Part shown: in pieces, positions 1-12,830 of the stretch | Layout: every line of letters starts with the position of its first letter | Numbering within the stretch: the stretch's first letter is position 1 | Source of the DNA: Cetorhinus maximus | Taxonomy: Eukaryota | Assembly: GCF_964194155.1 (NCBI RefSeq) | Contig: NC_135900.1 | Coordinates: 71,238,001 to 71,302,000 of the forward strand | Length of the DNA: 64,000 nucleotides | Direction of reading: 5' to 3' | Notes under the pieces: model-generated | The model's database searches: none | The model's input: only the letters and a program-made list of their open reading frames with translations | What the model was told of the DNA's origin: nothing | Program-made: the position numbers and the translations under genes

Positions 1-19
1 TTGCCTTAGTATCATAATA

Positions 20-850
20 ATAGAATCATAAAACAGAAAATGAGGCCATCCAACTCATTTGTGCCTGTGTCACTCTCTGAAAAAGCTATCCAATTTGGTC
101 ACCTCCCCTATTTCCCCATAGCTCAGCCTGCATCCAATCTCCTTTGATACTAATGAATTTTGGTGCCCTTCTAGACAGCGCATTCCAAAGCATAACAAAT
201 TGCTGCACAATAAAAAACTTCTCATCTCCCCTACTCTTTTGCTAACTATCTTGCATCTGTCTCTGCTGGTTACTGGCCTTCCTGCCAATGGAAACATTTT
301 CTCTTTCTTTGCTCTATCAAAACCCTTCATAATTCTGAACACCTTGATTAATTCTCCTCTTGACCTTCTCTACTCTAAGGAGAACAATCCCAACTTTTTT
401 TTAAAAATCCTTTCATGGAATATGGGTATCACTGGTAAGGACAGCATTGCCTACGAGTCACTTGCTAGGCATTTAAGAGTCAGCCACATTGCTGTAGGTC
501 TGGAGTCACGTGTCAGATAAGGATGGTAGATTTCCTTCCCCTAAAGGAAATTTGTGAACCAGATTTTATTTTTTTTACGACAATCGATGATAATTTCATG
601 ATCACTATGACTTAAACCAACTTTCAATTCCAGACTTTTTTTTCAATTAACTGAATTTAAATTTCACCAACTGCCACGGTGGGATTTGAACCCGTGTCCC
701 AAGGGCATTGACTTGGGCCTCTGGATTACGGGTCCAGTGATATTACCATTAGCCACCATCTCACTAGCTTCTCTAGTCTCTCCGCATAACTGAAGTCCCT
801 CATGCCTAGTATCATTCTAGTAAATCTCTTCTGCACCCAAGGCCTTCTCC
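20..850 (-). mobile_element. CR1 LINE 3' fragment, interrupted by a SINE at about 395-765
   Basis: Translation FRIMKGFDRAKKEKMFPLAG is typical of the CR1 ORF2 C-terminus. CR1 sequence resumes at about 766 after the SINE. Confidence 0.75.
395..765 (-). mobile_element. tRNA-headed SINE (same family as 1225-1548 and 16998-17333)
   Basis: Reverse complement has a GGTTCAAATCCC B-box, a core resembling CTGGTTCAC...CCTTTAGGGGAAGGAAATCT and the LINE-like tail. Confidence 0.8.
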
Positions 851-1224
851 CCTCAATTTACACAATATGTCATCTGAAAATTTTTATCCACAGTTGTTTC
901 CTAATGTTTATATTTTTTTGAAGAAAAACTGAATGTCTTTAAGGTACAACTGAATATCAAAGGAAAATAAACAGGTGGCTCTGGCCTCTTATATCTAACC
1001 TTGTGTTGAAGGTGCTGGAGGGCCAGTTAAGTGCAATGGGAGGACGTAGGGAAAGCGGTAGTTTAACATGGAAGAGGTCAGGGAAATGATGGACACAGGA
1101 AAGGCTAAAAGATGGAGTGGGAGACGTAATGCAAGTGAGGGGCGAGGAAAATGATGGATTATTGGTAAAAGGGGCAGGATGCAGGCCAAAGAGAGCTATA
1201 TTTTTCCTACAATTCAACCCCATG

Positions 1225-1548
1225 GGGGGCGGTGGCATAGTGGCATTGTCACTGGCTAGTATTACAGATACCTAGGGTAATGTTCTCGAATCCCACCACG
1301 GCAGGTGGTGAAATTTGAATTCAATTAAAAGCCTGATGACATTGCTGATTGCCGTAAAAACCCATCTGGTTCACTAATGTCCTTTAGGGAAGGAAATCTG
1401 CCATCCTTACCTGGTCTATCCTACATGTGATTCCAGATCCACAGCAATGTGGTTGGCTCTTAAATTCCCTCTGAGTAAGGACAATTAGGGATGGACAACA
1501 AATGCTGACTTAGTCAGCGATGCCCACATCCCATGAATGAATTTTTTA
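1225..1548 (+). mobile_element. tRNA-headed SINE with conserved core (possibly MetaSINE-type) and LINE-derived tail
   Basis: A-box-like TGGCATAGTGG, B-box-like TCGAATCCC and core AAAAACCCATCTGGTTCACTAATGTCCTTTAGGGAAGGAAATCTGCC. The tail matches the LINE 3' ends at about 2941-3000 and 61923-61990. Confidence 0.8.
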
Positions 1549-2259
1549 AAAATGCAGCTTTCCCCACCACTCCAGGCTGTGCTATGTCATCTACCAGGCA
1601 AACGAAAGAAACAGAGAAAAACAAAGAATTAGAAACAGGTAAGAGAAAGGAAGTTAAAAAAAAGAGACAAAGAAACTGCAGCATAAAGACAACAGGTATG
1701 GAAGAGAGAGGCCATCCTCTCTGCCTTACTGTGTGCAATATCAGAGTGTCAATGTAAAAAATTTGGATTTGAACATTTTTGCAATGATTGCACAAATGCG
1801 AATGGGCAAGAGGTAACATTCAGCTCATTTAGCACATTTTATGCAGGAAACCACGATCACAAAGTTTTTATACTCCACTAACCAACCATTCCTATTACTT
1901 ATCACTGATTCTGGTGAGCAGACATCAATACCAAACTTATGTAACATTGGTTTGCTTCTAGTCTTGTGGTTATGGTTCAACATAAAACATGCAAGGGATT
2001 AGCTTATTCCACTTGGTAATTTATGTATCATTCATTTGTCTATTTTTAAAGGCTGAAGTAACCAAAATAAATTTCCAACCTCTCCTCATAACTTTTTGTA
2101 AAATGTTGTCAGATATACCAGGAAATGGGATGGGTCAAATTACTCATCTTGTGCTGTAAACCTTTGTGGTTTGAGGGATCAGCTTCACTGCCCTTCTTTG
2201 AAACTGCATTGTGTTGTGCCTTTACTTCAGTGATGCTGCATAGGCAGAAAAGTATTTGA

Positions 2260-3015
2260 GTGCCAGGCAATGACCATCTCCAACAAGAGAGAATCTAACC
2301 ATCTGCTCTTGACATTCAATGATATTGCCATCGTTGAATCCCCCCACTATCAATATCCTAGGGGTTACCACTAACCAGAAAAGTAACTGGATCAGCTACG
2401 TAAATACAATGGCTATAAGAGCAGATCAGAGGCTGGGAATTTTGTGGCAATTAACTCACCTAACTCCCCAAAGTGTGTCCACCATCTACAAGGCACAAGT
2501 CAGGAGTGTGATGGAACACTCCACTTGCCTGGATGAATGCAAATCCAACAACACTCAAGAAGCTCGACACCATCCAGGACAAAGCGCCTGCTTGATTGGC
2601 ACCCCATCCAACATTCACTCCCTCCACTTCCAACATACAGAGCCAACAGTGTGTACCATCTACAAGATGCACTGCAGCAACTCATTAAGGATCCTTGGAT
2701 AGCACCTTCCAAACCTGCAACCTCTACCACTTAGAAGGACAAGGGCAGCAGATGCATGGGAACTATACCACCTGCAAGTTCCCCTCCAAGTTACACACCA
2801 TCCTGACTTGAAATGATATTGCCGTTCCTTCACTGTCGTTGGGTCAAAATCCTGGAACTCTCTTCCTAACAGCACTGTGGGTGTATGCACACTACATGGA
2901 CTGCAATGGTTTAATAAGGTGGCTTATTGCATCTTCTCATGGGCAATAAGGGATAGGTAATAAATGCTGGCCTTGCCAGCAGAGCCCACATCTCACATGA
3001 AAAAATATTTTTAAA
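2260..3015 (+). mobile_element. 5'-truncated LINE (same family as 59095-61992)
   Basis: Translation INILGVT...TIYKAQVRSVME. Nucleotide sequence is colinear with 61255-61990. Confidence 0.85.
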
Positions 3016-4237
3016 AATTCCAATGACATATTACCTATTCCTATTAATGAAGTTCTTTAAAAAAAAATTCACTCCTTCCAAATTACATTTTGGCTGAATG
3101 GGGAGACACACATGTTCCCAACACACTAACAATACTGCTCTTCACTCTACACAGAAGAACAAAGTTCCAAGGGCACACACAGTATCAGGATGCTTAGAAG
3201 GGTTAGGCCACAGGAACTTGAAGGCAGAAACACACGAAAAATAATAGTTTGTGCCTCATGAAAAAATCTCAATGTTGGGCTAAGATGTGAAGCTGGCTCA
3301 ACATTGAACAGTCTAGTCACAGCAAATCATAAAAAAGGCTCAAGTGAGTAACAACAAAAGGCTTTTGCAGATAATCTTTTACATTCAAGGCCTGCCTAAG
3401 AACAGAAACCAATCAATGTTTACTCTTGCCGCCTACTCATCCTCAATATTTTACATTTCAGCATCATGCTTTCATTATTTTCTGCAGAATTTAGCAGGTT
3501 CTAGTCTAAAGGAGGTAATTTGGCACCAACACAATGAAAACTTGGTTGCTGTTTGAAACTAGTTAATAGGAGATATACCTCAAATAATTCACGCTCAATG
3601 AAGCTCCACTAGAAGCCAATTAGTACACAATTCCTGCCAAGGATGATCAGAACCAAACATATCACAAGTTGCACCATTGCCAGTGAATGAAATTGGACCC
3701 AACTCAAGTGTCATGTTCAGTGGATTATCCATTTTGCATGCATTATGTACACAAATGGAGTTCAAGAACAATTTTTTTTTGTATTTTGTCAACAAGATTT
3801 TGTTTAGGCCCATTATACGCATAGAATGTGTGAACAATAAACACTTCATTACACTCCTGAACTGATCACGGTCAGCCAACATGGCTTTGTTATGTCTAAT
3901 TGACTAACAATGTCATGTCTGATTAATCTAGTTGAATGTTTTTGAAGATAGATAAGGAAGTGTATAGACCCGGGATAGTGGCCCAGATTTTGCAGTCAAT
4001 GGCAAAGGAAACACACTTGCCATTCATATCAATGACAGCTATTCAAAGTTTTTATGCACTTTTACGACTTGTTCTCATTTGGTCCACCATGATGCCCATC
4101 ACAAGGCATCTGTGAGCAAGACAAGAAACAGCAAGGCTCTTCAACCAAGAATCCACACTGAGATATGCAAGTCTAAACCAGGAAGTAGAAATTTGATTTA
4201 GATCACATACAGAAAACTAAATATAGATGGATTTGAG

Positions 4238-4283
4238 AGGGGGGGGGGGGAGAGAGAGAGAGAGAGACAGACAGAAAGAGAGA
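4238..4283. repeat. Poly-G run followed by a (GA)n/(GACA)n microsatellite
   Basis: Directly visible in the sequence. Confidence 0.9.
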
Positions 4284-4304
4284 AGGAAACAGTTCAAAAC
4301 CATT

Positions 4305-6865
4305 ATTTTTTGAACATTAGATTGCAGCATATGAGTCAACTTTTGAAGCTTTGAAAAATCATTCCAAAAATGGGAGTCGACTTAAATGCCAAGTATCAAA
4401 TGTGAACTGCCAGTGTTGGTGGTCGCCATTTTGAAATGCAAAAAGACATAACACTGGTAATTCAAATTAAATTGATGTTCCATTGAATGAAATAATTCTA
4501 CAAAGGAAGTTTGAACCAGAGTCACTTTGGCTATGGCATTATCATAAGCATCCCACTCTGGATCAGATTTGGCAGATTAGGTACTCCATCCGTTGAACTG
4601 GAAATTCCACATTTTCTGAACATTCTAATGACAGTTCGTGTATTAATAGTCTTCCAATGTTTGATGATGAAACCACACGAAACATCATGCAGGGCAGCAC
4701 ACATATTTCCACTCTTTGTGAAGGCTTTTTCTCCGTCAACTATCCGCTTATTCAACTCGATGCAAACATGATCCCTGAATGGGTTGCTGATAGTTGAACT
4801 ACAGATGCTAGATCTCTCTGGTATAACTGAAACTAGGGTGTTATTTCTTCACAGGTTCTCCTTATCTCACCAGTTATATGGGATCTGAACATGTCCAACG
4901 CTAATAAGCTGCATTCTTTGCACAGGCCACCAGGACACCTATTCCACATTTTATCAATCCATCCTGTCATGTTGTCCACAAGATCTCCTGCAGGGAACTT
5001 GAACAGTTGTTTGAAAATTAATTTTAATTTTGTTCTGTCAGTCATGCAGCCTAAATCTTGTCTACTCATTGTGAGAAATGGTTGATTTTTAAAAAATATT
5101 TTTTGGGAAATATTGTGTTATTCTGTGGAAAAGGTTGCATCTGTGTATGAATTAATTAAGCTGGGAAAAAATTAATAGGAGCCAGGTTGTCTGGGGAGGT
5201 TAAAACATGAAAAAGATAGAGGTGTCAGGTATGAGATACAAGTAAATAGGTTAGACTCAACATTTGCATTTTTTAGATAAGTTGAGAGTTTGTTTGAATA
5301 TCAAAGAGGAATCAGAGGTAACAAGAGCAGGAGTTCCATAGGTAATCAAGAAGTGGGGTGTTATATTTTGTTGACCTGAAAGCAAAAGCAAGATGGACAC
5401 ATTAAAAATCTTATATTTAGAGGGGTTCGAGTCTCAAAGTGGTGTGAGAACAATGGAACCTGAGATGAAAGGGGAGAAAAAAGGTATTTGAGTTACCCTG
5501 GAGAGCTTAGAGTAGCTATAGCTGGGGCTGTCTGAGCTGTTGAGGTAGCAGCTGGAGGTGTTGAGCTGGGGTTCGGAAATGATGCAGTTTGAATCAACCA
5601 TCTAGTCAAGCCACAAAGTCTTGGGTTGCAAAGAAGCAATTTTATTCTGGAGTTTGGTTTTCTAAAGCAGAGTGGAAGCGAGTTACAGGTCATGTGGTAT
5701 GCCTTTATTTAAGCTACAGCAGTTTGCCTTGGATAACATTACTAGATTTTATAGTTAAATATTTATAAGGGAGCCTGGAAGGTGTATACTTGTAGGTCTG
5801 ACCAAGTGGAAAGTCTTTTTTGGGGGAAATGTAAGACTAACCTTAATTGTGTAACTGTAATCTTGTTTGCTTAAGTCTTCTTTTATTCTTGTTAATAAAA
5901 CTTTAACCTATAATTTTTTAAATCCCCAAAGTGCTACTGGACCTCTTACTGCTGAGATAGGTACATCTTCTCATTATCAGAATACAAAAAAAAGGTAAGC
6001 CAAGTTTCCTTCCGGGATTTGGTTTGCACTGCAATTAACACTGACTGTGGTCATAACATCATGTCTTGTCGTTTTCACTAGAACTGTTTTCCATTCCACA
6101 GCTCAGTTGTTGGGCATATCAAAATTCATGGGCATTTCATCCATGTTGCCGACATAATGGGTACTTGTATTTTTGCCCCTGTCTGATGAAGAATTGCTTG
6201 AAACTGGTAATTTTGGCATCAAGGTTTTTTGGTAGTTTCTAAGCTGATTTTGGACTTCTGCTGCAATACTAGACATTTTCATTCCAAAAAGTTGCTTTGA
6301 AATCTTTGTTGGACTCAGGGTTTGATTTTCCCCCACCTAGATGTGTACACATGCATTGCATTTCGGGTGACAATGTAACCATTCTGACAATTTTCAAGGA
6401 CCCATTCCAATACATGCTTCTCAAGATCAGGATCAGTGGCTGGTCCCTGTTCTCATGACGTATTTGGTCTTGGGTATGTTCTTCAGGGTGGATTCCTCCA
6501 AATTCCCTCGCTACAGCACAGTTATCTGACAAGTTAGCAAACATTATGACTTCTACCTTGAAACCTTCATACTTCATTCTTTTTGCAGGAGGGCCCATTT
6601 CTGTTTGTTGGTCACCATGCATGGTCTGCTCTATGTGGCATGTGTTGAACTCTTGCAAATCATCTTGGCAACACAGCCCATATTGCCCGTTTGATCCCAT
6701 GCACCGACTTATAACTCGAAGCACATATTTCTAAGCTGAAAAATTGTGTTCAACTCCTAATTTGAGTATAGCCCAAAGCATGCATTTTTCAGCTAAAAAA
6801 ATGGCCGGAGGAGGAGGGGCATGGGGTGTGGTGGTGGTGGATCGAGTGTAGGCCTAAATATGCAT
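4305..6865 (-). mobile_element. Decayed pogo-family (POGK/Tigger-like) DNA transposon, split by a solo LTR
   Basis: Frameshifted pieces in the expected order: KYEGFKVEVIMFANLSDNCAVAREFG (Brinker-like DNA-binding domain), GNMDEMPMNFDMP (first D), CMTDRTKLKLIFK, LLALDMFRSH (second D), NPFRDHV...FTKSGNM and FRKCGISSSTDG. Termini are degenerate and approximate. Confidence 0.85.
5070..6058 (+). mobile_element. Solo LTR (989 bp) with 4-bp TSD TCAT
   Basis: tcat|TGTGAG...CATAACA|tcat, AATAAA at 5894-5899, and it interrupts colinear pogo transposase sequence. Confidence 0.85.
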
Positions 6866-8431
6866 TTTGGTACAGAGGAGATGGAGTTGCCTTATATATC
6901 TGGTTGACAGTCAGGGAACTACGCACTTACCTGGCTACATTTAAAGGCATTCGACTTCCGATGCAGCAGCCAGAAGAACTCTTTTAGCACAGAAGGAGAA
7001 TCAGTGCAGAAGACACGCCCCCTTTTTACGGCGCCAGCTGTCATACAATAAGTTTAAATGTCCATTGTGAATATTAGTGAACGGGTGAATGTGCTAAGTG
7101 GGCAGGGTGGGTTGGGTGGCTGGTGGGTAGGGTTGAGAGGGGAAGTCAGGGCAGGGACTAGTTAGCTCTGGTAGGGGAGTTGGGGGTGGGGTATTGTTGG
7201 TAGCCAGGTCAGGGAAGGTTGGTTGTGGGATCAGGGGGTTGTGGGGGAGGGGTCAGTTGTGTAGTTACCCAGGCATTAAAATAGAATTTTCCAGTCTAAC
7301 ATTTCCTGGGTGACTATTCAGGTAAGTAAATCAGAACTGAGCAAAGTCTCTAACTCTTAACTCAGATTTGGCGACTTTTGCAAAGGGTCCTGGGTTATTG
7401 GAAGTTCAAAATTCTCGGGCAATTCCCATAAAGATCAGCACGTCAGGACTTCCAAGGGGTCCCAATGCATTCTTTGGGTCATATGTCCGGTTTCCAAGGA
7501 TCCCACGACTGGAGGATCTGGGCCACTATTTAGAGAATTGGCCATCATTGTCCCGAAAAGCGGGTGGGATCGGAAGTAATGCAAGTTTTCACCTAAAAAA
7601 ATTATGGAAATAAGAGAACTTGTATATGCAGTGGGTAATTTTAATTTAAAGATTATCCTGGGGGGGGAAAATGGATCTGATATTGAGTCGATATCACTTT
7701 TCAAAGCACAGCTGCAATATACTGCACCCTGAGGCTGGGTACAACAATATTGATGGGAATCCATGCTTAAGCAAAGTAATAACAATAAGCACAAGACTGC
7801 TAATTTTCCTGCTAGCTGTGGCTAGCTTTTGGCTGTGGACGATCTGTAAAGGTCTGGGAGGAACAAGCCTCTATGGCCATTGTTTGGCCGAAAAAAGGTA
7901 CAGTGCACTTGAACCCAGACCTTCCAACTCAGGTTAAGTCCACTCCCATGAATACACATCAAAATTACTTCCTTGGCTGTAAAGCATTTTGTCAAGTCCC
8001 ACGGTCGTGCAAAAAAAAATCCTTTCACTTTTGGATTACAGCAATATCAGACAGTTATGAGATAATTACAATGGCAGAACATATCACTTTTCATTCCTTA
8101 GGGGTGAATTCCAGACATCAACTTGCAGTGTTGACTGGAGAATCATCCAAAATGAACAGCAATCCCAAGGTCTTAATGAGTTTCTCGTTTTGATGTAGTC
8201 AAATTTATGGTTTCTCAAAGTGTAGCACATTTTCTCCCCCAGCTGGTAATGAGAGACATCCTCCATGCCCCTTCCCTATTGTGCTGGGAGCACGGAACTT
8301 GTGGTTCCTTGAGCCCCTTAGTGTCTCGCCTGAATGATTGTCCTTTATGGATGATACAAGACAGTGTCAGCAAGCTATGTGACTATAGGCAGACATCTGT
8401 ACAGAGTTTGCTCCTACCCGCAGATGGAAAG

Positions 8432-8770
8432 AAGAAACTTGCATTTATATAACGGCTTTCACAACCTCAGGAAATTCAAAGGCATGAAGTATTTCTGAAG
8501 TGTTGTCATTATAGCCATTGTTGTAATATAGGAAATGCAGCAAGTTGCTCACAATAAGATCCCATAAACTCCAATGAGGTTATTGACCAGATAATCAATT
8601 TTAGTGATGTTAATGAGGATAAATATTGGCCAGGACATCAGGAAGAAAAACACAGCTCCTCTTTGAAAATTGCCGTGGGATCTTTTACATTCACCTGAGA
8701 GCAGACAGAGCCCAAGTTTTAACATCTTATCCAAAATATGGCCCTCTGAAACCACTGTACTCAAGTGTCT
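8432..8770 (-). mobile_element. DeuSINE/SacSINE1-like SINE with L2-type tail
   Basis: AACTTGCATTTATATA tail and GATAAATATTGGCCAGGACA core. Reverse-complement similarity to 24138-24535. Confidence 0.65.
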
Positions 8771-8799
8771 AGACTTGCCTATTCCAATATTTTCCTGTT

Positions 8800-9315
8800 G
8801 TCCTCCCACTTTACACCCTCCATATACTCAAGATCATCCAAAATTTGATTGCCTAATCGTAACTTTCACCAATCATATTTCCCCATCACCACAATGTTCA
8901 CTGACCTACAATGGCTCCCAGTCTGACAAGATCTCAATTTTAAATTTCTCATCCCTTTTTTAATCCCTACATGGCATCTTCCTTCCATATCTGTTACCTC
9001 CTCCTGCCTGAAAATGTTTGAGAACTCTGCACTCCTCCAATTTTGGCATCCTGTGAATTCTCAAAGTTTTATTATTCCACCACTCATGGCTATGCTTGCA
9101 GCTCCCAAGGCCCGAGGCTCTGTAGACTCTGGAATTCCCCAACTCTCTCCCCCTCTCTCTCCTCCAAATTGCTCCTTAAAACCTACCACTTCAGCCAAAT
9201 TGTGGTCAGCTTTCCTAATATATACTCACGTGACTGTCAGATTTTGTTGTTTAGAGGCTCCTGAAAAGACCCTTGATATGATTTGCTACATTAAAGCCAT
9301 TATATAAATTAAGTT
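8800..9315 (+). mobile_element. L2 LINE 3' fragment
   Basis: PITTMFTDLQWLPV...LNFKFLI corresponds to the L2 HITPVLxxLHWLP motif. The tail resembles TACATTAAAG...TATATAAAT. Confidence 0.7.
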
Positions 9316-9778
9316 ATCAAATGTGGGCTTGAACCCACAACTTTCTAATTCAGAGGCAAGAATGCTACCACTGAGCTAATGCTGACTAGTTTGCTTATTG
9401 GGATGATTGTCCCATGATGAGGGATGATCTCACTGACATCATTAGATAGCAATCAGGAGTGAGACCCTGTCCAATTTCTTTTCCTTCCTAGTTCCGAAGT
9501 GCTGAGGCCAATAGTTGTGCAAACTCAGTGCTGACAAGGGTTTGAACCTAGAACTTTCTGGCCTATGTGGTTCATTACCACACCACATGCTTCGGTACAG
9601 AGAGCTCCATAATCCCTCTCATTTTTAAAACATGATCCAATATTGTATCATTCACTTGACAGCTTACTTGTGATGGGATTCTTGAACTAAATGTAGATGT
9701 CAAAAATCTTGAACTAGGTACACAATTTAAGCATTAACAGTCTGCCACTGAATCAGTCAACACATTGTAGACCCTCAC

Positions 9779-9956
9779 CAATTTGAACCTGAGCCTGGTG
9801 GTCTGGCACAGCCAGAGCTGGCTGGAGAGAAAGGATGAGTGGGGAGTCGCCACTAACAAGCGTGGTTCGAATGAGAGAATTAAGCACAGCTGGTCCAGAG
9901 AAAACAACAGAGCCTGCGGTCACCATGAACTTGAGCTGTTGATGCATTTGGTGAAC
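9779..9956 (-). CDS. KIAA1549: KIAA1549 following coding exon (178 bp): VHQMHQQLKFMVTAGSVVFSGPAVLNSLIRTTLVSGDSPLILSLQPALAVPDHQAQVQI
   Basis: Polypyrimidine tract plus ccag|GTT acceptor and ATTG|gtgagg donor. Phase 0 in matches the previous exon. 59 codons plus 1 nt, colinear with recalled human VYELFTDFTFLVTSGPFVYTAISVINVLINSKLVRDQTPLILSVKPSFLVPESRFQVQT. Confidence 0.88.
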
Positions 9957-10489
9957 CTGGAATTGGAGAAGGGAAAAAAAAATCAAAGAGTAAAAATGAC
10001 AGCACAACAGCAACACAATTAACAAAGACTTATTTCTGAATGTTTCATTTCTATAATAGATTTTGAATATGGAAAGAATGCTTTGATGGAATTTAATTCC
10101 ACAGCACAAATTAACCATTGTGTAAAAATAAAATCGCACATAGGGTCAGGAACAACCTTTCAGATGGATAATCCTCATGAATTTGAGAGATAATTGGATA
10201 GTTTTCTTTCCAGAAATACAACATGGAATATGCTGAGACAGGTACATAGCAGTGACCTTTGAAATTGGAATGAGCCTTAAAAGTATTTTATAATGCCATT
10301 CAAACATCCCAAAGAGTTCCAAGCACAACGTAAGTACCACAACCATTTTAAACACAATAAGAACCTATAAACCATAATGTGATTCTGGTGACTGAAGGAG
10401 GAATGTTATCCAGATGTGATTCCGAAAACAATGGGGAGAATCTCCAGCTATTCTTCAAATAATAGCTATTGAAATTCTGCATTGAATTA

Positions 10490-11400
10490 AAGTAAATGGG
10501 CATCACTTGGATATGGATAGGGTGTACTCAAAGATTCCATGCTGGGTTTTACTTGTTCTTGATATACATAAATGAATTGGGCTTGAGCACATGGAGTATA
10601 ATCTCAAATGTTTTTTTAAATTTGTTTTTCGAATACAAGGATCGTTGATAAAGTCAACAATTACTGCCTACGCCTAACCCCTTGGGAGAAGGTAGTTCTT
10701 CTTACTGAGCCACAGAAATCCATGTGAAGGAACTCCCACAAATGCTATTAATTTTCTGATGACATGAAAGAGGACTGCAAGAAACTTTAGGAGTACAGAG
10801 AGGTTAGCCAAACGTGAAGAACATGCAACTTATGTTGAGAAGCGTGAGGTAATACATTTTGGGATAAAAACAATGAATAGCTCATTTTTAAAAGAAAGAT
10901 ACTGAAGGATGTGGATTAGTAAAATCTAGATGTTTAAACAGACAGTTCCCTGAAGTTCAGATAAAGCCATAAAAATGCCAACTGCGTTTGGCTTTTATTA
11001 AGAAAGGTGTATAATGCAAAAGAATAAAGAAGTATCGATTTTTAAAAAATCATTGATGAGCCAGTTAGAGTATTCTCCGCAATTTTGGGTGCCTCATTAT
11101 AGAAAGGATATTAAGGCAATCAAGTGCTTTTAACACAGATTCACCAGGATGGGAAACTTCCACCATGAGGATAATCAAGATTCCGAGATGTCTTCCAGTG
11201 GAACAGAGAGGAGATTCGGTAACTTTTGAAAATTATAAAGAGCTTTGATAAATTGCATAAGGAATGAGTATTTCCTTTGTTTGGAGGATGAGCGGCAGAA
11301 GGGGGGATCATTAATGATGTCACTAACAGGTGAGAGGGGTTAGGAAACATTTCTTTGGTCAAAGGGTTGATGGAATATGGAATATTTTGTCAGAGTAGTA
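10490..11400 (+). mobile_element. Old, highly diverged CR1 RT/3' fragment
   Basis: Degenerate GVxQDSML, FSDD, CEVIHFG and LEY..QFW.PHYRKDI motifs in colinear order. Confidence 0.65.
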
Positions 11401-11984
11401 GAGACAAAGCCAGATGTTTTCATTTATGGCAAAGGGAAGTTTTGAATTTCAGTGAAGTCCAGCAAAAACATAATGGGCATTCTTTGGTGCAGCTGATGAA
11501 GGAAAACTTCTCAAAATATTTTACATTAAGGACAGCAAAACAGTGCATGCCAAACAGGAGATGGAATGGGAAAATATTAAGAGGATAAAGTCATCAGCTT
11601 GGAAAGCATCCAGAGAAACTAAAAATGTAATTGCCTTCCTAATTTAACATTAGCGCAATAATTAGAAAAAAAAGTCCAACAGAAGACTGCGAACATTTGA
11701 ACAAACATTGTATGATTGCTACACATTCTATTTCAACTTCCTTGTCAAATATACTCAAAACAGCCAACAGATGGCAGCAGTGTAGCAAAGTGCTTTCCTT
11801 GGTAAACATTCATTCATTAGTTATTTTCAGAGGTTTGTGTGAGAGCAGCTGAACTTGTGCCTTCATTGATGCTGTAGTTGGTATAAGCTGCAGATCTTTC
11901 CCAACATACAATGAGACATTGCTTATTCAAACTTTGCAACAGGAAAAGTTTTGTAAATGATTTGGAGGCATCACTACCAATCTG

Positions 11985-12830
11985 ACATTACTTAGTGGAC
12001 ACAAGATGCTTTCCGGACCAGGGTCTACCCTGCCAGGTTCTGTTTTCTCAGCTCTTAGGTGGCCAGTGTTCCAGTCCTTCCAGGGGAGGACGAAAGAAAA
12101 TGCTTCAAAGACACTCTGAAGCTGACATCCTGCCCCATGTGCTCAAAGATCTGTGGGTCAAGAATTGGCCTGTTCATTCACATGAAGGCCCATGGCAGAA
12201 ACCCATGTCCCTGAATAGAATCAAAGGTTAGAAGATGACGACGTGGAAATATTTCATAGGTGCCAATATTTCAAACTCGAAGACCAATAGACACAATGAA
12301 CAACACAGCCCTCAACTCAGTTCAGAAATTCTGCTATCTCGGGAACATCCTCTCCAACGCCACTACATTGGATGATGAAATCACCCAACACCTGGCAAAA
12401 GCAAGCTCAGTATGCTCACCCACGAGCTTTGGAGAGAACAGGGAGTTTGTCTCAAATCAAGGATCACAGTCTACCAGATAGCAGTTCTCACATCACTTCT
12501 CTATGACTATGAGGCATGGGCAACCTACCAGCATCACATAAAGCAACTAGATGCATTCCAGCTTCACTGATTAAGGTCTATCTGCAACATCAAGTGGCAG
12601 GACAAAATCCCTAACACAAGCTCGTACAAAGTGTCTGTTATCAACAGCATGCTAATCTGAGCTCAGCTGTGCTGGGTCAGCCATGTAGTTCACATAGAGG
12701 ATTCCATGTACTAAAGGCAGTATTCTGCAGTGAGCTGAGGACAGGAACCTGCACCACAGAACATCCCAAACTCAGATACAAACACATGCTGAAAGTCAAT
12801 CTCAGAGTAAGTTGGAACCCCCTAGTCTCC
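11985..12830 (+). mobile_element. RTE-clade LINE fragments (ORF C-terminal part)
   Basis: VQKFCYLGNILSNATTLDDEITQHLAKASS and KAVFCSELRTG...PKLRYKHMLK are typical RTE motifs. Confidence 0.75.

Noticed and set aside
9320-9390. tRNA-like sequence
   Set aside because: It is a degenerate SINE head with no complete cloverleaf.
1-9778. Next KIAA1549 exon (expected to start like VLQFVP)
   Set aside because: I found no matching segment with splice sites by eye; it probably lies left of the window.
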